Below, piece after piece: positions 1 to 11,562 of a stretch of DNA of 64,000 bases. The notes below the pieces were generated by a model. That model searched no databases. It worked only from the letters and a program-made list of their open reading frames with translations, and had not been told where the DNA came from. The stretch comes from the human T2T-CHM13v2.0 reference genome, Homo sapiens. How positions within the stretch are numbered: position 1 is the stretch's first letter; every line of letters starts with the position of its first letter. The stretch lies in NCBI RefSeq assembly GCF_009914755.1, contig NC_060931.1, one strand, 5' to 3'. Both the position numbers and the translations under genes were made by a program.

Positions 1-1700
1 GAGAAGAAAGCCACTAAGTGCAGCTCACACTTAAGGAATGGAGAACTGTGCTCCATCTCCTTGAGGGAAAGAATCTACATAAATTATTTGGAATTTTTCT
101 GCACAGAAAATTTTGTCTGTTCTTCCCTGTTTATTGATTTCTTAATTCAATCATATCAGTATAGACTCATGGATATTTATTTTATACTTTAGATTATCAT
201 TGAATACTCTCATTGCTTATTTTATTGTTAAAACACTACAATTTTGGCTATTGGGAGCACTTTCAATTGGCTCCTGTGTCTCTTTGACATACCCCCATCA
301 TTGTGTGCATATACTTTTTTGTTGTTGGTTTTGAGCGCTTACTTACATTCTGCAACACAAGATGCTTCAGACTCGTGTTGCATATTCTCTTAGTCCTAGA
401 ATCAACCATTTCCCCAAATGTAGATTGTTCCTATTATTGGATAATAGTAGTAGAAATGAAGATCTGGGGCACTAGATGTGCATGTTGCTAATGGAGTTTG
501 TTGCCTCTAAGCCATTTTAGCTTACAGAAAATGTGTGTATATTAATCCATTAATGTACATGTACCTACCTATAACTACTTCTATATTTAATGTATCTCTA
601 TGTTACACTAACGTAAGTTCATACTGAATGCCTCCAACTCCAATCCATTGCTATGTGGATCATTCTAGCATCCTATTACATGTCTGTACCTGCTACCTGG
701 ATCCTACCGTCCACCATGAATTTACTTAATTGTATAGTTTCAGTAAACATGTATAGTGTAGTTTTAGAATTGTTAATCCATATCCCCATGGAAAATAACT
801 TTATCAACTATAGTACAGAGCTTATGTGCAATTTCTTTGCCTTCAGTCTTACAATCTCTACTCATTTCCAAAGTTACTAAGGTCAGCACATTTTCTCCCA
901 TCTTCTTCAATGATATTATTTTATATACTCACAGGTAGCACAGTTAGATTCTTATGTCGCAGTTTGCATCCCAGACCTGGAATCCTAGACCTTCTAAATG
1001 ACTTTTTAAAAATTGTATACATTAAGGTTCACTGTTTTCTCTTTTCGTTTGCTTTAAAAATTATTTTAAAATGCCAAATAAAAGCTATATATACTGTGGT
1101 ACACAACATGATGTTTTGATACATGTATACATTATTAAATGGCTACAACAAACTAATTAGCATATGCATTCTCTCACATGCTTATCTTTTTTGTAGTGAG
1201 AACACTTAAAGTCCACTCTTTTCACAATTTCAAGGTTTACTCCTTGTGCTGTAAAGTTCTATAGGATTTGAAAAATTCATAGATCCATGTATCCACCATT
1301 ATAGTGCCATACAAAATAGTTTTAGCATCCTAAAAAGTCCTCTGTGCCTCACCTACTCAACATTTTCCCTTCCCCAAGCTGCAGGCAATCACTGCTCTGT
1401 TTACTATTTCTATAATTTCCCAGAATGTCACATAAAAGGAATCATGCAGTCTACAGCCTTCTTTGACAGGCTTATTGCACTTAGTAATATGTGTTCAAGA
1501 TTCATCCTTAGTTTTGTGTAGCTTGATAGCTAATTCCTTGCTATCACAGAATGGTGATCCATTGCATAGATGTACCACAGTTTGTTTTCCATTCACCTAT
1601 TGAAGGGCATCTTTGTTCCTTCCAGTTTTTGGCAATTATAAATAAAACTGCTGTAGCTATTTGTGTTTGGGTTTTTGTGTGTATGCATACTTTTGAAATG
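1..1700 (-). mobile_element. Old L1 (L1MC/L1MD-type) 3' region
   Basis: Antisense L1M 3' motifs, e.g. tgtaccacagtttgttttccattcacctattgaagggcatc and atacattaaggttcact. Confidence 0.7.
1034..1231 (-). mobile_element. L1MA-type 3' end fragment nested in the older L1
   Basis: T-rich tail followed by tacacaacatgatgttttgatacatg...gtgagaacacttaaa. TSD aaggttcact (1024-1033) / aaggtttact (1232-1241). Confidence 0.7.
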
Positions 1701-1733
1701 TACATAGACATATATTTGCTTTTATAGCATTTG

Positions 1734-2403
1734 TATGAGTTGGTAAAATTTTATCCTGTGTTCAACATCGCATTTCGATTCAGAAGCCCCTGAGAATTAG
1801 CCCAACAAACAGATCTTGAAAGCTTAAAAGGCTTTCATAGGCTTTAATTAACTGAACCTACAATGACAGAGAGTAAACTTTTTACATATGGAAAGTCACA
1901 CTTAGGGATTGAAGTTGCCATGTTGTCACCCATGTTAGCACAGTCATGTTGAGCAACACATCTGTATGCTGACAAGGCAGCTCTGTGGTAGGAGAATAAT
2001 GGACATGGAGAGACAAGACACAGAGAGAAAGGAGTAGAAAACGCACCTCTGTTTCTGTTTCTGATTTATTTTCCAGTTCCCACTTTATTTCCTGTGGTGT
2101 CCTGCTATACTTTATGTTTCGATTCTGTGAGATTCATTTTCAATGGTTTAATAATCTTCCTTCTTACTTCAGTTAGCTTATATATACTTCTGTTCCTTGT
2201 AACCAAAATATTACCAAACCCCCCCAACACACACATACAAACAAATAAAAACCTTGAGAAGATTGTGTGTTTGCTTAAGAAAACAGATTATAGAACCCCA
2301 AATCCCCAAATCCTTACCAGTTGCTGCTTGTGGTTATATTTTCCCCACTAGATCCCTGAGACACTCTCAAGAGAGTTCTCCAGGAACTCCAGGAATACCC
2401 ATT
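1734..2403 (+). pseudogene. Candidate endogenous bornavirus-like phosphoprotein (EBLP) remnant, split by an LTR
   Basis: ELAQQTDLESLKG (1794-1832) vs BoDV-1 P ELAENSMIEAEEVRG. LEKIVCLL (2253-2276) vs MEKVDLL. LP..IFP..GIP (2314-2400) vs the C-terminal LP..IYP..IIP. Reference recalled from memory; similarity is weak. Confidence 0.4.
1905..2218 (+). mobile_element. Ancient MLT1-like (MaLR) LTR fragment
   Basis: Ends ...ttctgttccttgtaaccaaaa, as MLT1 LTR 3' ends do. Highly diverged. Confidence 0.45.
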
Positions 2404-2419
2404 AAAAATCAAAGCAATG
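2395..2419 (+). promoter_or_regulatory. Fossil bornavirus-like P-end / T2-S3 / M-start junction
   Basis: atacccattaaaaatcaaagcaATG resembles the recalled BoDV-1 junction ataccaTAAaaaaatcgaatcaccATG and lies exactly between the P-like and M-like segments. Confidence 0.4.
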
Positions 2420-3575
2420 GTCAATGCCTGCCTAAATGGTATTCTTTACTTATTACTTAGTTTGGGCTACTTTTGTACTTTGAGAAGCTGATTGACAAAC
2501 CTGCTTTAGTCTTCCATTTTCCTGCCCCAGAATAGTCCTGTTGGAACTTCTAAACAAAGGGAATGCTTTTTCCAAGAAAGAGGCTCATTCCCTTAACACA
2601 CCAGCTACATAGGAGCTACAGAAGTGAGCAACAAAAGCCAAAGAAGGGAACGAAGAGGGGGGGAAAATTGTTACATTTTTGAGCTTCCTACAGTAATCTC
2701 CAAGCCATGAACACATCCTGCTCTTTCTTTGTTATTTTTTTATGTTATTTTATTTTCTATTGGGGAATAACTTATATAAAGTACAATAATCTTACATGTA
2801 CAACTTGGTGAATTTTTACCTATGTATACAGCAATGTCATCACCAGCCAGATCAAGATCTAGAAAATTATTATCACCCCAGAAAGTTCCCTGAACTTCAT
2901 ATAAATGGATTCCAGTAGTATTCAATCTTTTGATATTTCATCCATGTTGTTATATATGTAAGTAATTTGTTCTATTTGGTGGGGTATGCAATATTTTATT
3001 ATATGAAAGACTACAATTGATTCACCTGTTCTTATATAATTGTACATTGGCTATTATGAATAAAGTTGTTCTGAGTATTCATGTACAAGTCATGTTTTTT
3101 GGCACATGCAATCATTTCTCTTATATATACCTAGGAGTGGAATTGTTGGAACAAAAAGTAAGTATATATTTGTTTTATTGCCAAACAGTTTTCCAAAGTG
3201 GGAGAAGTCTACTTTAAATGGCAATGAATGAGTTCCAACTGCTTCACCTATTTGCCAACATTGGTATTGCCTTTAAAATTTTAAACATTCTAGTGGTTGT
3301 ATTCTTTCTTTTTTGTCCTTGGTCCATACCATGACTCTTCCTCCTTGAACTTAGTTCTTTCCAAAATAATTAAGCAGCTTCTTAGCAGGTTTAGCAAGTG
3401 GGGTTCTTCTATCAACATTTTCTTGAATTTTGGCAGTGGCTTCCTGAACGGAGTATTACAGAGCTATAATTGATTAATGATGTTTTTCATCAGCTCAAAA
3501 GGAAAAATATTGCAAAACATGCAAAATATGTATCATCCTGAATTTAAAGTATACCACTACCAAATTCCAAGGAGC
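2417..3575 (+). pseudogene. Endogenous bornavirus-like matrix (EBLM) remnant, interrupted by L1ME
   Basis: Co-linear matches to BoDV-1 M: YFEKLIDK (2476-2499)~YVELKDK; VLLEL (2535-2549)~LMLEI; FLSLVHTMTLP (3310-3342)~FLSVKEPLQLP; GSSINIFLNFGSGFLNGVLQS (3402-3464)~GHSLVNIYFQIDDFLLLTLNS; FHQLKRKNIAKHA (3485-3523)~FLRLNKDQSKHA; FKVYHYQI (3543-3566)~FNVFSYRL. Stops and frameshifts present. Confidence 0.65.
2731..3302 (-). mobile_element. L1ME/L1MD-type 3' fragment
   Basis: T-tail, then ccagatcaagatctagaaaattattatcaccccagaaagttccc and ttgccaaacagttttccaaagtgg. Probable TSD tctttcttt at 2722-2730 and 3303-3311. Confidence 0.75.
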
Positions 3576-3599
3576 TGTGATGTGATCTATTATTTTTCT

Positions 3600-4830
3600 C
3601 TTAGTATGTGAAAGCAAATCATCAGTTTTGAATCCACGAGACCCTGTTGAATTAGTTAATGTACATCTATTGGACCTATTCTATGTTGTAGGAATTGCAC
3701 CATTAATACATGAGTGAAGAATGACCCTTTCCATTGTCGGCACACTTACTAAAGAACATACTGCAAAGCAGTCGCTCATCATCCCTTGAGACTGCAGATT
3801 AACTCTTCCCATTTTTTTTTATCAGAGCAAATTTTCTCCATTGAACATAATACTTACTATGCTCTTAGTCTGAAGCTAGATCATTGTATTCAAAATTTTA
3901 TTTTATTCACATAAAACTGATGAAACTAATGCAGTCTTAATAAGCTTTCAAAAGTTTAATTTTATATATTAAATAATCATGGATTTTCCCTCAAATTCCG
4001 GTTGATATTTCCAACATGCATCTATTGTAATTAATACTTTTAAGTGTAATGTTATGCAGAAAAGAGGTATAGTCTACAGACCTTCAGTATTCCCAAGGGA
4101 TAGAACCCAGGACCTTTCACAAATACAGACATTTGTGATTTGGAAATATATAATTATTTGGGTTCGTTGTTAAATATAAAATCTTTGGGTTTGTTTCTAA
4201 AATGTACTTCTTGGGGCTTCTTGCTCATATTTTTAAAATATAAGTAAGCCACATTTTGACTTTGATGATGAAATTTCTCTCAGGGGGTGGGTTACATCAT
4301 GGCACAAAATTAGTATTTTTCCACAAAATTCATTTTGTAGGAATAAAGAGTGAAGAAAAGCAAATTCTTCATGGTTGACTGGGTTCCTTTAATGCTCATT
4401 CAATGTACCCACCAAAAATCTTCAAATGCATGCTTCAGGAAAATTTAAATTATTACATTTCCAAAAATATTTTTTGAATAAAATGATGAAAGGTATCCCA
4501 AAGCTTCTCCCAGACTCAGACACACAGGGCCTGAGACACACAAACAGATGACCTTATCCTGACCTCTTCCTTCCTGTAGCTGATTCATGACCTTGGCAGT
4601 GATTCACATCTTCACAGACTAGCACAGTTCATCCCCTGATCACTGAACCCATCTCCATTTATATGAGGTACTGCTATGTTAATTATATAATAAAATTCCT
4701 GCTGTATGGGCTTTGGTGCATTTTTCTATGTTGATGTGATCTGAACTAATCCCTCAGAAGACTGAGGCAGTTCCTTACATCCTCTACGTCTTTATTAGGA
4801 ATTTGGTGTATTACAGCATCTCCACCATTT
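3600..4830 (+). pseudogene. Endogenous bornavirus-like L polymerase (EBLL) remnant, N-terminal domain to RdRp motif A
   Basis: Ordered matches to BoDV-1 L: TAK(+1 nt)SR 3760-3775~TAKSR; HNTYYALSLKLDHCIQNFIL 3846-3905~HDDYFTIIKSIFPYSQGLVM; SWIFPQI 3977-3997~SWYFPEI; PRTFHKYRH 4106-4132~PQALLSYGH; GFVVK 4160-4174~GYVSK; ISLRGWV 4273-4293~ISSRRDWV; G*L 4373-4381~GRL; VPTKNLQMHASGKF 4405-4446~VPKEKELKVKGRF; THKQMTLS 4536-4559~THSMTMS; HLHRLAQFI 4607-4633~HLLNRLSHTI; NSCCMGF 4694-4714~SSWCNGF. Confidence 0.75.
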
Positions 4831-4834
4831 GTCT

Positions 4835-4988
4835 TGGCATACTCACCTGAGGAGCTTGATAAAAACACAGATTCCTGTTTTCCTTCATAGACCCATGTAA
4901 CTGGGCTCTCCTAAGAGGGAAGTTGAGCATCTGTAGCTCTAACAAGCATTCTAGATAATGGTTATGACGCACTAAATTTTGGAACTAT
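4835..4988. mobile_element. MER5-type hAT-Charlie MITE (diverged)
   Basis: tcacctgaggagcttgataaaaacacagattcctg...gcatctgtagctctaacaagc. Confidence 0.55.
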
Positions 4989-5224
4989 CCTTATAGTGGA
5001 AAGACTGTGTTTTCTCCCACCGGTTTTATTTATATACAGTACATTTGAGTCATGGCTGTACCGTGTAAAACAAAATTTATCTACATATTTCTATTTATCT
5101 CTTCATCGATCAGTGTGTCCCTCCATCCCTCTATCCCTCCATTCCTCCATCATGCATTGCTTTTCTGTTTAGTGTTTTAATGATTTAGCCACTGCTTTAC
5201 TGAGCAACTAAATCAGCCTTGACA

Positions 5225-5400
5225 ATGGATTTGTGTGACTTTGGGGAAGTTAGCCTTTTTAAGCTACAGTTTCCTCATTTGTGAAATGAATATAATGAGA
5301 ATATTTACCTTCCAGTTTATCATGGTAGTGAAATAAGAAAGCACGGGTAAATGCTTAATACAGTGTCTTGATCAAGATAAGGTGTCAATAAATGTTAATT
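5225..5400 (+). mobile_element. MIR
   Basis: Core tgtgactttggggaagtta...cagtttcctcatttgtgaaatg; ends caataaatgtta. Confidence 0.8.
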
Positions 5401-7059
5401 CCTTTCACCTTTTTCATTAAAGGACTATAACGCTTTTCAGAAGCACTTCATATAGCGATATATCTACTATTTAGGTTATCAAATATAAGCATTTAATGTT
5501 GTAAATTTTCTTCTAAGCATTGGTTACCTGCATCCCACAGAATCTGAGATGTTGTATTTTATTTTTGTCCACTTCAAAATATTTTCAAATTTCCTTTGCG
5601 ATCTTCTCTTTGACCAATTGATTATTTAGAAGTGTTGTTTTATTTCTATATATTTGAAGATTTCCCTTTTATTTTTCTGTTATTGATATCTGGTTTAAAT
5701 ATTTTAAAGTCAGATAACATACTTTATATGATTAAAGTTTTTAAAAATTTGTTAAGGTTTGTTCTATGATCCACTATGTCATCTACCTTGGTAAATGTTA
5801 CATATGCACTTAAAAGAATATATATCCTGCTATTGTTGGCTGGAGTGTTCTATAAACATCAAATACATCCAGCTTGTTAGTGGCATTTTTCTTATCTTCT
5901 ATATCGTTGTGATTTTCTGCCTTTTAGTTCTATCAATTAGTGAAAGAGGAGTTTTGAAGTTTCCAACATTAACCATGGGTTTTTCCATTTATTTTAGCTT
6001 TTTCTTTCAATTTTAAAAGCTCTCTTTTCTACAGATACGTTTAGGATTTTGATGTCTTCTTGGTAAATTTAACCTTTTAAAAATATGTAATGTCTTTCTT
6101 TATTTCTGGTAATTTTCTTTGCTCTGAAGTTTAATTTGTCTTATATTAATATTGCCACTGCAGTTTTCTTTTGGTTAGTGTGTGTAAGACACACCAAAAC
6201 CCATCCTTTACCTTTTAATCTACGTAGTTTGCTGTATTTCAAGTGAGTTTCTTATAGAGAATATATAGTCATTCTGACAATCTATCTTTTAAATGGTGTG
6301 TAGGATCATTTGTATTTAATGTAATTATTATGTTTTGATTAATGTCTACTGTCTTAATATTTATTTTTTGTTTGTTCCCTCTCTTTTTTGTCGCATTGTT
6401 TTCTTTTCCTATCTTCCTTTGAATGGTTTTAAGTACTCCACTGAAGTATTTTCAGTACTCCATTTAAAAAAAATCTGTATTGTACTCTCTTTCTTTGTAT
6501 AATTTTTAGTATTTGTTATAGGGATTACAATATACATATTTAGCTTTTCCAAGTCTACTTAGAATCAATTTTTACCATGTCAAATATAATGTAGAAATTT
6601 TGACAAACATATAGATCCCTATACCCTCTCCATTTTATGTTTTAGTTGTCTTATATATTACACTTACATACATCAAAAACTTTATCAGATAATGTCAGTT
6701 TTTACTCTCATAATTCAAACATTTTAAGGAATCTTAGAAGAAAAGTATAGTCAGTCATATTTACCTAGGTACTTACTATTTCTGTTCCTCTTCCTTCATT
6801 ACTGATGTTCTTGTGTAATTTCTTCTGTCTAAAGAAATTCCTTTTGTAAATATTTTAGAACAAATTTGCTGGCAATGAATTTTTATAGTTTTTCTTAGCT
6901 GAGACTGTCTTAGAATGTATTTATTTCACTTTCATTTCTGAAAAACATTGTTGGTGGATATAGAATTCTGGGTCAATAATTCTGTTCTTTAAATACTTCA
7001 AAAATATTATCTCAATTCCTCTGGAATAAATGGTGTCTTACAAGAAAGCACAATTTTTC

Positions 7060-7521
7060 TTTCTTTTTTTTGGTTAGTGTTTTTATTTTATTATACTTTA
7101 AGTTCTAGGGTATATGTGCACAATGTGCAGGTTTGTTACATATGTATACATGTGCCATGTTGGTGTGCTGCACCCACTAACTCGTCATTTACATTAGGTA
7201 TTTCTCCTAATGTTATCTCTCGCCCCTCCCCCTACCCCATGACAGGCCCCAGTGTGATGTTCCCCTGCCTGTGTCTAAATGTTCTCATTGTTCAATTCCT
7301 ACCTGTGAGTGAGAACATGTGGTGTTTGGTTTTCTGTCCTTGCGATAGTTTGCTCAGAATGATGGTTTCCAGTTTCATCCGTGTCCCTACAAAGGACATG
7401 AACTCATCCTTTGTTATGGCTGCATAGTATTCCATAGTGTATATATGTGCCACATTTTCTTAATCCAGTCTATCATCGATGGACATTTGGGTTGGTTCCA
7501 AGTCTTTGCTATTGTGAATAG
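7060..7521 (-). mobile_element. 5'-truncated L1PA 3' end nested in the L1M
   Basis: Canonical L1PA 3' UTR. TSD aagaaagcaca(a/g)tttttc at 7042-7059 and 7522-7539. Confidence 0.95.
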
Positions 7522-7629
7522 AAGAAAGCACAGTTTTTCAAACTTTGTTATAAGTAATATATCATTTTTCTTTGGCTGTTTTGAAGTTTTTTGTTTACAT
7601 TGATTTGATTATGATATGTCTGGGCATTA

Positions 7630-7631
<2 letters not shown>

Positions 7632-7656
<25 letters not shown>
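7632..7656. repeat. (TG)n microsatellite
   Basis: Directly visible. Confidence 0.95.
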
Positions 7657-7662
<6 letters not shown>

Positions 7663-9249
7663 ATGTGCACACAGGGTTTATCCTGTTTGAAGTGAAGTCA
7701 GCTTCTGGAGTCTTTGAATTTATGTCTTTTGACAAATTGGAGAAATTTTCTGTTATTATTTCTTTAAGTGATTTTCTGCATTGTCTTCTTTCTCCTCTCT
7801 TTCTGAAACTCCAATGACACAAAAGTCGACCTTTTGGTATTTTCCAACACCTTCCTGGGAAGCTTTTTTTGCTTTTTCCTCTGTGCCATTTATATTGGAT
7901 AATTTCCATTAATTTATCTTGAGGTTCACTAATTCTTTATTCCATCATCTCCATTCTGGTATTGATCCTATTTAAACCTACTCAGTGTTTTAAATTTTGA
8001 TTACTGTATTTTAAGTTCTAATATTTCCTTTGGTTCTTCTTTATATCTAGTGTTTCTTTGCTGAGACTTTTAAAATATTTCCATTCATTTCATTACTTCT
8101 TGACCATTTTTTTATAATAGCTTTGTAAAGTCTTTGTCAAATAATACCAACATCTGTGTCCTTCCACTTTGGAGTCTGTTGATTATCTTTTGCCATATGA
8201 GTGAGATTCTCCTGATTGTTTTTATGATGCATAATTTTTAATTGTGTCTTGCCTTCTTTGAATATTACATTATGATACCCTGAACTTTATTCAAATCCTA
8301 TAGAGAATGTTACTTTTTGTTTTTGCAGGCAATCAACCTTATTTGATTTAGGCTGCAAGTTATTACCAGTCTCCTGTGGATTGTAGTTTTAATACCCACT
8401 CAGTTTTTAAAGCTTTAAGTTCAAATTTGTCCCATGTGTGCCACACACATACAGTTCTGGGGTGAGCCCAAGAATTCAGCACCAACTTCATGGTCATATT
8501 TCTGAGGTGCTCTCTCTCCACTCTGTTCCTGGTAACTTCTGCTTCCCTGGAGCTCCCTTTTTCAGTCTTCCAGCCAAAAGTCTTGAATTTTAGTTTCACC
8601 ATTTTGATATGCATGTCCCATGACTGCATCCATATGCAAAACCAGGCAGTAAGTGGTTAGAAAGAGAAGGAGCAATGAGTTTGCATGACTGTCTTGGAAC
8701 CAAAACTCCTCGGATCACAGAGGAAGGCTCCTCCTCTTATAAAGACTATGGCATCCAGTGCTACTTCTGTTGCTGCCACCATTGCCACAAAAGGAAACTT
8801 GAGAAAAAAACAGTGTTTTTCCTCACACTGTCTATGTGTTAGTAGTTATTTCTCTACACCTCAAAGCAGAGGAGTTCCAGAGGGCTTCTCCTGGAGATGT
8901 CCGTTTGTGTCTAGGACACACTTTCGAGTTTTGGTTTATATTGAGATCAGGTTGTGGAATACTGGTGAAAAAAAAATGTGAAACTCACTGCTGATCTAGG
9001 TTTTAGAGCTGCATTTATTGTGAGAGACAGGGTGCAGTGCACATATTTCACCTTACCTTGAAGAAATGCCAGTTTAATTCTGTGTTACCTCTTCTTTCTC
9101 CCTCTGAGCATTGGAGAGGTAGCCCATTAATTAATTGGTTCTTGGACAGCTTCCCCATGCCCCTAATTGTGAGATGCTCTGTGGTGCTAGCCTTAGTGAC
9201 AGGTGGCAGTGGCAGCAGCTCATTCCTTTAGTTTTAGTCTTTCTGAAAG

Positions 9250-10900
9250 TCTTTGTTTAAATGAGTAACATGTATACATTATATAATATTGGGTTATATT
9301 CTGTGAGCCATATTGTAAATATTTTTTAATTAATTGATTAAATGCCATTGTAATTTGTTAATATGATGCTACTACAGCATATAACACATAATATACAGCA
9401 TAGAACATTATAATTTTACTTTTATCCTTGTTTCTATTTTAATTTTAGATCTATTACTATACATATTAAATGATCACCATTGGTCTTTTTGTTAAACGGT
9501 TCCCAGTGATCTCTTGTTTAGAGGAAGCTCATACTCTAGAAAATTGTTCATGAAGGGCTTGTGGTTATAGAATTTCCTAATTCTTTGCATATTTAAAACT
9601 ACTTATCTATAGCCTTGATACTTAGAATACACCTTGACTGGATATAAAATTATTGCTTCATACTTTTTTCCTTGAGTTTTTTAAAATGCATCTTTACTGC
9701 TGCCTTGAATATGTGTTCTTTTTATGAAGAGGAGGCTTTGAGGATTTATTCTATTTAAGATCTAATGGTCTACTGGGACATATCTATGGATTGACTTTTG
9801 TGGGCCAATTTTCCCGGGTACCTGGTGAGTCCTTTTAATATTTTGGTAATTTTTTCTTTTATTTTTATAATATGCTTTTGGATTATAGTTTCACATGTTA
9901 CTTCTTTTTTATGGCTTTGTTTTTTGTCTTTTGAGATTCAAATTATACATAAGCTGGATCCTCTTTCTTTGTCTTCCACTTCAAACACTTTCTACATGAA
10001 CATCTTTACTTCTCTCTCTATTCTATGTTCATGTCTTGGTTATGTTTCTGTTTTGTTCCTATGCCCTTTATTAAATTTTCATTGGAATTCATTCTTTCTT
10101 GGGAACATTGTAATTTCTTCTTTATTTAATACGATTTTGGATTTTTCTTCTATATCTTTCAGAAGTTTAATCAAATATAATTTTCTTTTGTGCTGCTTTT
10201 TGTATATCTATTTTCTTGGTTTTTAGATTTCTGATTCAAGGTGGGATTTTTTTTATATATTCCCAAATGCTTATGGGAGAGTACTTAATTAAATCTGAAG
10301 TGTTGTGTCATAGTTTTCTTCTGCCTTGTTATTGTTTCTGTGTGTGTGTGAGGGAAACTGTTTACCAATAGAGAAGTTTTGATTTTAATTTCTATTATAT
10401 TTGATTTTCAGTTTGATTTTTTATTTTTATATTAGTTTTGTAATAAATGAATATTTCTTGTACCTATGCCTGCATTTTGAGTTCAGATCTGTTAGTATAG
10501 AGTGGTCTATAAGATTGCTAGTTCACAATCACCCTCTTGCCAGAAGAGCAATGTACAGTTTACTTATCTAATGGCTTCTGTAGTGAAAATGGGGGATGGT
10601 CTTATGTCCTTGGATATTTGGCATTATTTCGTTTTGAAAGATCCTAAATATGTTTCTTGCCTCTTTTTCTCTTTACTGCACAGTTTTCAAAGGGTTGCTA
10701 TTGCTTTCATTTTACTCTTTTCTCTTCTGAAGGATTGCCTTTGCAAGACTGCTTCCTTGAGTCTCTTAAGCCTCTTTCCCTGTAATTTGTACTCATCCAT
10801 CATGATTCTTTTTCAATCTGAACAACTTAGGGTGCACTTTCTCTTCTGTCAGTGATTTTATATCAACCTTGGTCTTTCTGCTATCTCCTCTCTTATTTCT
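9250..10900 (-). mobile_element. HAL1/L1M5-like ancient LINE fragments
   Basis: T-rich antisense ORF1-like sequence, e.g. ttgactggatataaaattattgcttcatactttttt. Confidence 0.5.
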
Positions 10901-11562
10901 TCTGGACTGCCCTTGATCTCCAGTAAGAATTATAGTGCAAATGTTACAGCTAGTCATTTATCCTCTAATTAACCTATAGATTTAATGCAGTAGCAATAAA
11001 AGTCTCAGCACACTTCTTTAAAGTTGGAAATGCAAAGTAACTAAAATTTCCAAAATAAGCTTGACAAATAATTTCAAAATTAGAGGATTCATTTACCTTA
11101 TTTGTTTTCAAGACCTAATGTAAAGCTATGAAATAAGATAGAATGCTAATAAATTAAATATACAAAGATAGATCAATGGTACAAGAATAGAGAATATAGA
11201 AATAGAACAATATAGATACTTGTAATGATTTTTGGCAAGGTACCAAGGCATTTCAATGTGGCAAGGAACGTCTTTACAATAATCAGTATTGGAGCAATTA
11301 GATAAATGTAGAGGGCAAAAATGAACCTTGAAACATAGCTCACACAAAAGTCCATTCGAGATGGATCATAAACCTATATGTAAAGTCTAAAATTATAAAG
11401 CTCCTGAAAGAAAACAAGAAAATAAATCAATGGTTTTGAGGAGGCAAATATATTTTTTAAAGGACAAAAACTGTAGTAAACATTTAAAATTTTGATAAAT
11501 TGGACTTTATGAAAATAAAAAATTTCTGCTCAGCAAAATGCAGAATTAAGAAGATGAACACA

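Larger units (their letters stand above)
5485..9000 (-). mobile_element. Old L1M: endonuclease region, ORF1 and 5' region
   Basis: Antisense L1 EN sequence. The - strand ORF 7595-7909 contains ORF1-like KEIITENFSNL...PRHIIIK. Confidence 0.8.

Noticed and set aside
2390-2460. Alternative M N-terminus: YPLKIKAMV / PKWYSLL vs YVELKDKVIVPGWPTL
   Set aside because: It competes with the junction-plus-2476 alignment and cannot be resolved by eye, so it was not used as evidence. It shows that single short matches here can be chance.
3440-3810. Bornavirus nucleoprotein (EBLN) reading: ERSITEL~QRDLTEL and NPRDPVELVN~NPHEAIDWIN
   Set aside because: The conserved CSLLIGVVIGSS block and the C-terminal motifs are absent. 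The M and L interpretation gives many more ordered matches.
3301-4540. Minus-strand cellular retrocopy (fleeting CAB39-, eIF4E- and sulfotransferase-like words)
   Set aside because: The matches were isolated or out of order. The T-rich end is explained by the L1ME TSD.
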